Shown: piece by piece, positions 41,440-53,000 of the stretch
Numbering within the stretch: the first letter of the stretch is position 1
Layout: each line of letters starts with the position of its first letter
DNA from: Octopus vulgaris
Lineage: Eukaryota
Length of the DNA: 64,000 bases
NCBI GenBank assembly: GCA_951406725.2
Contig: OX597817.1
Span: 87,978,001-88,042,000, forward strand
Direction: 5' to 3'
Notes under the pieces: model-generated
The model's database searches: none
What the model was told of the DNA's origin: nothing
What the model saw: the letters and a program-made list of their open reading frames with translations, nothing else
Program-made: the position numbers and the translations under genes

Positions 41440-44400
41440 CATAGAATATTGGTTTGTCTCTCAGTGTATCAAGAGCTTCCAAACATTCAGAACAATATCC
41501 AACATAAAAAAAAAGCAACTCACTTTTGTAATGTTGTATGTAATTGAGTATTTAACGACTTCTTTACGGTTTCCTCACATTCTCCTTTCAAAGATTCTAA
41601 AGAAAGGCAACTGGAAGATTCAGACATGGGTGGAGATTCTAAAAATGTACACAAGAAACTATTATTAGATTTTGTCACTGGCATAGGTACTTTTTAAAGG
41701 TAAAAAAAAAAAAGAACATAATTGTTTTTAGATTAGTTCCAGTATGTCTGTGACATATTTTAACTTCTAAAGCTAATTTCACTGCAATTTACTGTGGAAA
41801 AAAATTCTCACTTATGGTAAAGGTGTAAATTCACCATGATCAGTTCGGTGGATTCCTCTCTTGGACTTTTACAAGCATTTCTGGCTCATTATGAGATAAC
41901 CCTGAGTCTATATAACACAATCTTCTCTTAATCAAAAAGAATTCATGTTTTCAGACCAGCTACAAAATGAAACAAGAATATCAAAGACCACCTGGACATA
42001 CAATAAGTACAGTTTGTTGCCACAGCCAACTTCAACATAAACAGTCCCTCCCATGAAAAGCACTTCCAACCACTCCAAAACATCTCTACAATAGAATCCT
42101 TAAGTTTACAAGTCTTCCACTTAGCCCTGACAGACATTAAAATAGAACCAGATACAGAGAGGACTAGAAAAAACATTAAGTACAACATTAGTTGAAATAA
42201 TGTGCTAAGAATGCAGCGCAACACAAACGTGCAGAAGAACACTATCATGCTCTGACCCAATCCATCATACCTGCCTGCATAGTAGTGACCACAATATCTA
42301 CAAACATACAGGCAAGCAAGAGTATCTTTGTGTGGCCATTAAACATACTAGAAACAGCAACCAAATCCCAGTCTACCATATTTCAATAATGTGATCATAG
42401 ATATCCCGAAAAAATAGCATAATTATGACTGAAATGCCTTTAATCATGGGTCTGTTTGATCATAGTAGACCTGGGGCTAAACAACAACAAGAGGCATACA
42501 GAAACAGATTTAACAGTGGAGAGAATATAACATATCTATACTGGCACACTGAATCTCATTTGATTCATCACTGCATATCAAAGTGTACTCTAAGATTGTT
42601 AACAAGGTTGAGCCAATGGAATAATAGATGAAAGGGTTGAACCTGGTTGTTTGGCTAACTACTACATACCATAGAACTATACAACCAGAGCTGACCTATA
42701 TATTGCATAACAACATCCAAAGAATTCATCTTAAGAACAATGAAAAGCAAAGTTAACTCAAATGAGATTTTTACTCAGAAAATAAATGAAAGTAAATACA
42801 TTTTGTTGAGTATATTATCATTTCTATCATTCCACCCAATTTGACACGAGCATACATAAAATATTAAAAAAATTAATACTGACTTCTACCAGAGGCATAA
42901 GATCATAAATAATGACTTTTGTCAAAGGTAGCTACCTACAAATAATAGAAGATGGAGTATAGTCAATTTAAACAACACCATACTTGACTGGTTCATCTCA
43001 GATTGCTTGTGCTCTGACATAAAGTATATATGTACACAACCAGGTATACACACACCATATACATGTATATATAATATAGTATTGTTGATGTTCATGGAAA
43101 TGATCATCTAAAGAGCACTCTATTTTTTTCTATTGCAGAGCTTACACTAGATGCACTAAATGGGGTTGATTGAGTGTTAGGGGAGATTAAGGAATAGATA
43201 TTGTAACTAGGTTGGACTATTTGAAAGTTCCAGGTTAGCTACTGCCAAGTTCTTGATAAAAGTTCATGTGGAATATTGTTTCTTTTGAAAGGATAGTTGG
43301 TTTAAGAAAGGTCAAGGTGGCTTCAGGATTGTAAAGTCAAAAGCAGAATATGCAAAAAATGGAACATTAAAATGAAAGAACTGCTGAGTTCCAGAAATAA
43401 TGGAGAAGTGCTGTTAAGCTGACATCCCTCACCTGTGTTTTCTCCTTCAGAACCTTTGGCACTCTGTAACACAGCAATATGGTGCTGAACTACATCCACA
43501 AGTTTCTTTTTCATTTTTTTCAGCAGGTTTCGGTAACTGAGGCTTTCAAAGAACCGGTTTCCATTGCTTGCTCGTTCTGGTAAGCTGTGAAATACAATAC
43601 AAATATTGTTGCAGATCTATAGAAAAATGAAATTCCAAATAATCAGCTGTAACAAAAATCTGTGATAAAATATGTAGGAGTTTGACTTTAGAGAAGTTGA
43701 TGGCAAACAAGAAGGGAAGAACAAATGGAATGAACCATAGTGGAAGAGAAAACCAGATGACATCTCTGACTTAAGAATAATTCAGAAATAATATTATAGA
43801 TTATATTTACTTTATCTGTCAGAATGCATGATATAGATTTTTAAGAGAACAGCTGGTTAGTTATTAATCTAAGATAAGTTAAAGCAGGAATATAATTAAA
43901 CAACAGAACAAGAAAACAATTATAGTTGCTAAATACTAGTTCACAATACAATTTATAATGTGAAAATAAAACTCTGTATACTGACAAAACAAGAAAAAAT
44001 TTGTAAATATTGACAAAAGTGGTAACTTCATATAACAGCAACATTGGAAAGACAAGAAAAAGGTAAAAAGAATGATCAGAAGAATAAAGGAGCTTTCAAA
44101 AAGTGTAAACTCATAGGGATCATACAATATACAACATACAAACAACAATGAAATCAAAAATAAAATTATGACAATAGGTAGGATGATGAAACATTTCCCA
44201 ATGTATTACATTTCAGGTGACATATGTAGAAATTTGACATTAGAGGAGACATTAATGGCAAACAAGAAGAGGGGAAGAACAAATGAAATGAACTATAGTG
44301 GAAGCGAACAACAAGATGACATAAATATTACAGGAGGCATTAATAAGATTATATTGTAATTTTATGAGAAGTGGAGCCTGCTATGTAATTTCTATAAAGA

Positions 44401-47400
44401 AAACTAAGAGCAGAAATATAACCTCAAAGAAAATGGGTTCTTTTGAAACTAGAAGCTTTTTTTTTTTTTGAGACACTGTAAAATAAAACAGAAATAATTT
44501 ATATAAATGCTACTGCAAGCTAGGAGAAAAGTTGTGCACTACAAAAATAAAGCAATCACTACATGTTAGAAAATAAATTACACCTACACATAATAGAAGA
44601 AAGGAAAAGACATGCTCAGCTGAAAAGTTCCTGGATCTGATTGTATACAAGAAGTCTGTTTGAAATATTTCATCTTATGCATGGAGAGATGGCTACACAT
44701 CTAAAAACTCATGTCACTATTGATAATCAAATATCTGATTAGATAGGGGAAAAAGTTTAAATGGTTGGTATTTAATGAACCATAACATGTGTAAATGGTC
44801 ATTGAACTTCTCTTGAAAGATTAGCTTCTACCAATGGAACAAAAAGTGGGAAGACAAAAAAATTCAAGTAATGAACAACCATCCCTCACTTGAGAGGAAG
44901 CTAAAATGAAAAATAACAAACAGCCATCAAACATGTGAGTTATATGAATTAATTTCAATAAAACCTCTATAGCTGTACATTCCTGGATTGTCAAATATTC
45001 TCATTATGCCTGGTAAAATGGATCAGTTGTTTGATTTGCTGACCAAGTTTTCTCTATCCTAAGACAATTCGTAAAGACTATAGGACTGACTATGAGACTG
45101 ACCAAGTTTCCTTTGTCTAAGGACAGTTTCTAAAGACTAACAAATTGTGAAAAATAAATCATTCACACATTTGAACAAGTTATATGCAATTATATCTCAT
45201 GAAAGGAAAGTATAAAATAAATAAATTTGTAATCATTGATAACTATAAATTAAATGATATACCTTCCAGGTGTAATAGATCTTCCCAAGTAGAGCACAAA
45301 AAAGCGTTGCCATATAAGAGGCAATATAGGATGATCATTAGGAGTGTCTACTGCTTGCTGAGCCCAACGGTAAATATTGAGACGATGGAAAGCAGAGATT
45401 GTCTTTAACTTGAGTTTGACAGCAGATTTCTGAAATAAGTCAAAAAAAGCAAGAAATGTTCAAACATATATTTCAAATAACATGTTAGTCTAAATCTGTA
45501 AATGTTTAATAACCTATAGGTATATAATTTAGAAGACAACCATTTCTGTGATTGCATTTCAGGTTAAAATAATAATACAAAACAGTAAACTAACCTTCCA
45601 GGCTTGTTCCACAGATATTTTGGTATTTGATAAAAGCTCTTGTTGTATAGTAGGCCATAACAGTGTACATTCTTCATACTTTCCTTCAATGCTGAGAATA
45701 AGGTAAGCTAGCCATGGAGCATCAGGTAATGATTGTTTTTCCATGAATGATGGCAGATTCTGACCAGCAGCAATCCAATTCACAAAAGATTCTACAACAC
45801 CCTGACTTCTGTATTCTGCTAACATACACTGAAAATAAACACATAGCAATTTCAAATACAAACAATTTAGTTAAATGTCACTATGCTCTTGGTACTGACA
45901 TTACTTTCAGCTTCTTCCTTATCACTTAACCCTTTCAATACCAAACTGCCCCAACCCACCCTTGATTATATGCTACAAACTTCCTGTTTTTACCCTTTAA
46001 CATTCAGATTAATCTGTCAAATGCCTTGTTTATTTATTCATAAATTTTGTAATTACTCATGAATCATCTCATAGTTTCAAGATTTCAATGAGTTTACCTT
46101 TAGAATGACAATGTAGGATAGGTGTGAGAGGCTGGACCTGGCCAGTTTGAACGAAAAACAGACATAATATTTGGGCCAGATAAGGCCAGTTTGAATGTTA
46201 AAGGGTTAAAGTGATTTAAAGTTAAATCTTCCATAAATCTATGTTTCAAACACCAGTTTAATAATGACTAATTTAATTTACTAAATTCTTCATTATTTTC
46301 AAAATCAATTGAAACAAAGGAAGTATTTTTCAAACAGAAACATGGTAACAAAAGAGATGAGGTGCCTCTGAACTCAGGATGAACTACTGCAGGTTTTAGT
46401 GTCTCTAGGGGAGATTGCAGTAGAAAAAGCTCTTGGAGACTTCTCCTGGTCCATAACATATGGATTCAGCATATGAATTTAAAAATTAAACATTTATTCA
46501 ATTATTCAGTGTTCCCACAGCTTAAACTTTTAGCATTCAGATTACTCTATCAAATGTAATGCTTATCTATTCACATCATTTTGAATTAATCATGCATTAT
46601 CTTGTAGCTTTGACATTTTGATGATGTGATTATATATTTTTAGAATGATATTGTAGGATAGGTATGAGAGGTCAGATCTGGCCAGTTTAAACATAAAACA
46701 GGTAGAATATTTGGGTCAGATATGGTTACCTTAAACACTAAAGGGTTAAAGTAGGAAACCAAACTTAGGCATGGTACTTATTTTTAGAAAAGTGAACTAA
46801 GCCAAAGAATATTTCAGCCATGATTACAGTGAACCTCCATCAATTAATACAAAATCTTTTTAATTTGCTCGGCTGAAACTGCTATCATTATATTGTGTAA
46901 ATCAAAATATCTCAATATCAGTTTTATAACAGCTTTCATATACAAGCATGAATTATTTAGGACTGCAGTACCACATATTTTCAGTTGAATCCATTCTTTT
47001 TATCAAATCTTTTGACATATATCTTAGTTAATTGCCTACCATCAACCACCAACACACAACACTTCTTTGTCAGTTTTAATCATCATCATTTCTTTCAATG
47101 TCCACATTTCCATGCTTAATTGAGTCTGACAGAATTCACTGAAACAGATTTTCTATAGCTGGATGCCTTTCCTGTCACCAACCCTCACCTGTTTTCAAGT
47201 AGAGTAACAGTTCACTTTGGCCAAACATTTTCACAAAAGACTGTAAATAAAGTATACCACTTGTATGATACTCAGACTCGTTTACAGCTATGACACAATG
47301 TTTCAACAAGAAAATACTAACACCCCATGCCATGCCCATATGTGTGTGTGTATTTCCGTCTATCAAATCCACTCACAAAGCATGTCCCTTAGTGGCTGAT

Positions 47401-49964
47401 GATATGTGCATCCCTGATCACAAGCAGGAGTAATAGGGGTGCATCAAAGCCATGTGTTGAGAGGGATTCTTTGAGGTTTGAATAAACATAACAAAAGCAA
47501 ATCTTGAAGAAAATATTAGCCATTTTTCACACTTTCTAGGGGTAAGAAAATAGGAAATGACAGTTGCTACCCAAGGACAAAAATCGTGTTTCACAGTGTT
47601 ATTATTGCACTAATTCAAATAACTATTAGCATTTCCCATACATCATGAAATATTTTCTTAGTTTCACATAAACTAGTGACAAGAAGCTATTTACTTGATA
47701 CTGTTCTGATAGAAGGGTCTCAATCTTCTTCAGTGCTTCTACATAACGGAATGCACTTCGCACAAGGTTGTCCAGCACATAACAGCAGTTTCTATCAAAA
47801 GAACAGAAAGACATTGTAGCATATTTTTTTATCATTTGTTTGAAATATATGACATATAAAATTGAATTTTATTCACACCTTACTCCAAAAGTTAAGCAAG
47901 CAACACAGTGGTGTCCCTCCAAACAACCATACACACAGGCATACAATAATTTAATATTACTGTGATATTTCTACATAACAAAATTTTAACAAATTACTTT
48001 CCCTAATAATGATTTCAAAATTGGCACATGGCCAGCAATTTTGGAGAAGTGCTCAACTGGTACTCTTTTTATCAATCTCAAAAGGATAAAGGGCAAAGTC
48101 AACCTAGACAGAATTTGAACTAAAAACATAAAGACAGACAAAATGCCACTAAGCATTTTGCCTAGGATGCTAATGATTCTGCCAGTTTGCTGCCTTTACC
48201 TACCCTAATATTGAGTGATTTAAAATATTATTCATAACTAATAAATAATAATCCTGGATTTCATTAATAACTGTTTAATATAAGATAATCCACAAAATAA
48301 TCTAATATTTTACAGCAACTATATAAAATGGGGAAGAAGATGAAGAATGAATTTAACACAAATGTTATATTCATTACAATTGTTTCTATACAATTCCATT
48401 TCTAACCACACCGCTGTGCTTGAGTCAAGTATGTCAACATCAACATCAAAGTAAAAATTAAATGGAAATTGTAGTTATGATACTCGTGCTAGTGGCATGT
48501 AAAAGTCAAAGTGTATGTGTGTGTGTGTGTGTGTGTGGTGAAGGCATGTGGCTTGGTAGTTAGGGTGCTGCAAACACACTCATAAGATTGTGGATTTGAT
48601 TCCTAGGTGGGTGGTATGTTGTGTTCTTGAACAAAACACTTCATTTCATGTTGCTCTGCAATCACTTCAACATCAGACGTGTGTGGCACACTGTGCACCA
48701 CTACAGGCAAAATTGGTTTGATAGAGGAAGTAAGTGATTTGATTACTATAAGCAAACCATTTGTACAGGTTTTTCAGAAAGAAATTGCAGAACCCTCACC
48801 TGTTAATTACAACAGGAGAGTCCAACACACACAAATATTTAGAGCATTTAACCAGTAATTACACAGCCTAATATCTGGATATGTATCCACAAAGGTCTAA
48901 TTAATTACCTGTAAATTTGAAAATGTAAAAAAATTACCTGTCCAAACTCCATTTTGGAATTTTCAACATCAAATGAGCCCATAATGCAATGACAGTCACA
49001 GCATCCGCAGGACAATTTGTTGCTTGTATTTGAGTCTAATAAATAAATAGAGGCAAATGAGGAAGTAAAATAACAAAACTACATTCAGATATTAAAAAAA
49101 AATACTGAATTTGTTAAGTTATATAATAATCTCTAGTCACTTTACCAGAATCATGGAATTAAATAATTTGGTCATGGCACCAGGGAAATCAGAAGAAATA
49201 AGGTTTTTTGCAACTCGCATAGGAGTTTCGTCAGCAAGTAAGACATTGTGGAGTGTTTTTAAAAACCTGCAAATAAAAGAAAGTAAGGTGTAAGAGGTTT
49301 CAGTAAACCTTTAGTAAAACATCTTGTTAAACCTTGAAATCCTAAATTTTCAACTAATGAAAAGATGCAGCACACAATTTAAGTCATGTATGTATATATA
49401 CATATAATAAAGTTGAATCAAGGAAACCAGTGGAGGCACATGGCTTAGTGGTTAGGATGTTGAGCTCATGATCGTGAGATTGTGGTTCTGATTTCTGGAC
49501 CAGGTGATGCATTGTGTTCTTGAGCAAAACATTTCATTTCACGCTACTCCAGTCCATTCAGCTGGTAAAAGTGGTAAACCTGCAACGGACTAGTGTCCCG
49601 TCCAAGGAGAAAAATATACACCAAAGAAACCAGGAAACTGGCCTATACTCCACAGAGTATTGTGGAATAACCAATAAAACCAAATATTAATATTTTAAAT
49701 GCATTTAATACACATGTTTCAGATGATTATGCAAGAGAGAAAAAGAATTTGCCTATTACATAATACGTTCTTCAATTAAAACATTTCAAAATATAAAGAT
49801 ACAGTATTATTATACATTTTACAACTCTAAGTCATTACAAGCTAGCCTGTCCTTACTTCATTTACACAGGTATTCTAAAAAGGATTTGGAATGGTTTGTT
49901 CTACTGGATCATGAGTCAAAAAATTCTGGTAAAATGTATTGCTTCTGAGCATAACATGCAATGT

Positions 49965-50009
<45 letters not shown>

Positions 50010-53000
50010 GTTTAACGTCCGCTTTCCGCGCTAGCACGGGTTGGACGGTTCGACCGGGTCTGGGAAGCCAAGGGCCGCTCCAGGCTCCAGTCTGAATCTG
50101 GCAGAGTTTCTACGGCTGGATGCCCTTCCTAACGCCAACCACTCCGTGAGTGGATTGGGTGCTTTTTACGTGCCACCTGCACAGGGGCCGGAGGGTCCGG
50201 CATCGTCACGATCGGTTCGAGCATTTTAACGTGTCAGCGGCACGGGGGCAACGAGGTCCGGGGTACTTTGGGGATCGGGGTACTTTGGGGATCCAGGGTA
50301 CTTTGGGGATCCGGGGTACTTAGAATGGGTAGGGGGTATGTGGAATTGCTGCAGAAAGCAGCCCGGGTCTTTGTAGTCACAGCATATCTCCAGAGATCTC
50401 GGTCCTTCGCCATTGCCTCAGTGAGGCCCAATGCTCTGAGGTCATGCTTGACCACCTCATCCCATGTCTTCCTGGGTCTACCTCTCCCCCTGATACCTTC
50501 AACTGTTTGGGAGTGGCACTTCTTCACACATCTCTCTTCATCCATCCGCAGCACATGACCATACCATCACAAGCGTCGCTCTTGCACACCACATCTGATG
50601 CTTCTTATATCCAGTATTTCTCTCAGGATACTTACACTCTGTTTTGCGTGCACACTGACACTACACATCCAGCGGATCATGCTAGCTTCATTTCTTTCAA
50701 GTCTACGCATGTCTTCTGCAGTCACAGCCCATGTTTCATTACCGTGAAGCATGGCAGTTCGCACACATGCATCATACAATCTATCTTTTGCTCTGAGGGA
50801 GAGACCTTTTGTTGCCAGTAGGGGTAGGAGCTTTCTGAACTTTGCCCAGGCTATTCGTATTCTAGTGGTGATACTCTCTGTGCATCCACCTCCGCTACTA
50901 ACTTGGTCTCCCAGGTAGCGGAAACTATCAACTACTTCTAGTTTCTCTCCCTGGAGTGTGATGGAATCTGTTTTCTGAGTGTCTGTTGTGTCTATTGTCC
51001 CTGTGCATCTGCCGCACATGAAAGCTATCTTATCTGTTAATTTCCCTTTAATGTTGCTGCACCTCTTATGTGTCCATAACTTACATTGGGTGCATCTTAT
51101 GGAGTTTCTACCTGTACCTTTCCTACAGGTTGAGCAGGGCCACCTACCCGAGGGGATGTGTGCTGAGTACCTCTTGCTGCTTACTAATACTTTGGTCTTT
51201 GCTACATTTATTCTAAGGCCCTTTGATTCCAACCCTTGCTTCCACACCCGAAATTTCTCTTCTAGTTCCGGTAGTGATTCTGCTATGAGAGCTAGGTCAT
51301 CAGCATAGAGGAGCTCCCAGGGGCATCCCGTTTTGAATTCCTCTGTTATTGCCTGAAGGACTATGATGAATAAAAGGGGACTGAGGGCTGAGCCCTGGTG
51401 CACACCTACTTCTACCCGGAATTCTTTACTATATTCGTTGCCAATCCTAACCTTGCTGACAGCCTCTCTGTATAGAGCCTGTACAGCCCTTATTAGCCAT
51501 TCTTCAATCTCCAGTTTCCGCATCGACCACCAGATAAGGGAACGGGGAACCCTGTCAAAGGCTTTCTCCAAGTCTACAAAAGCTATGTAGAGGGGTTTAT
51601 CTTTAGCTAGGTACTTCTCCTGCAGTTGTCGGACCAGGAATATAGCATCAGTGGTGCTTCTACCTGGTACAAAACCGAACTGCATTTCATCTAAACAAAT
51701 TCTCTCCCTAATGAGATGGGTTATGACCTTCTCTGAGACCTTCATCACCTGGTCCAACAGTTTGATACCTCTGTAGTTATTTCTATCTAGAGCATCACCC
51801 TTACCCTTGTAGCAGTTGACTATGGTGCTGCTGCACCAGTCATTGGGTATGACTCCATTGTGAACTACCTGGTTTACAATGCGGATGACTATGGCATAGC
51901 CCACATAGCCAGCTGTTTTAAGCATCTCAGCAGTGATTCCTGATAGGCCAGGGGCTTTGCCTGGTTTCATATCCTTAATTGCCTTATCTACAAGGGAGCT
52001 GTCTATTCGGGTAGCTGGTCCCTCTACTGGGTCAACATTTGGCAGGCTCTCCTCCTCCCATTCATTCTCCTCATTCAGCAGTCTTTCATAATGGCTTCTC
52101 CAAGCCTCTTTCTTTTCACTAGTAGTAAAAGCAAGTGCCCCATCATCCATGCGGACACATTTCTCTCCTATAACATCGCTATTTTCTCTGACACACTGTC
52201 TGGCAATCCGAAATACTTCAGCTCTTTGATCCTCGCGACGCTGGACATTGGCAAACTTCTTCTTTTCTGCTACATCTTTGGCAATGTATACCTGCCGCCC
52301 AGCCTCCCTTTTGGCTATCTGGTACAGTTCCCTGCTGCCCCCATCCTTCCAGGCTTTCCAGGCCCGTCTCTTTTCACAGATGGCTTTATCTACTGCACTA
52401 TTCCACCACCACGTAATTCTAGGTCTGGAAGGGACTTTGCACCATCCACAGACTTGGTCTGTGGCACTCAACAAGCTGTCCCGTAGGAATTCCCAGCTAC
52501 CTTCTATGTCTGACGTCTGAAGCTCCTCCTCCCTCTCATCAAATTTCTTGATGAGTATGTCCCTAAATTTCTGACCATGCGAAGGGTTCTTTAGCCTCCA
52601 AATCCTTCTTTTCTGGATTGGTTTGTTTCTTGGAGTCCTTCTGGCCTCAAGCTTAAAGTCACTGATGATTAGTCTATGCTGAGGGATACATTCTTCACCC
52701 GGGAGGGTCTTTGTATTCAAGAGCAACCCTGCATCCCGTTGTCTGGTGAGGATGAAGTCTATTTGGCTAGCGGAGTCTCCTGACTGATAAGTTATAAGGT
52801 GGCAGACTGGCTTCTTGAAGTTAGTGTTGCAGATTGAAAGGTTACATGCATCACAGAATTCCAGCAGTCTAGTTCCCTCATCATTTCTGGTGCCAATACC
52901 ATAGCCACCATGTACCCCAGTGAAGATACCCGATTCCCGCCCAACATGCCCATTAAAATCTCCACCTACAAAGATGAGGTCCTTGTTACTAGTCTTTGAA

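Noticed and set aside
50567-50569. Selenocysteine readthrough of the LINE TGA
   Set aside because: The homologous codon is Arg (CGA), not Cys, and no SECIS was recognised
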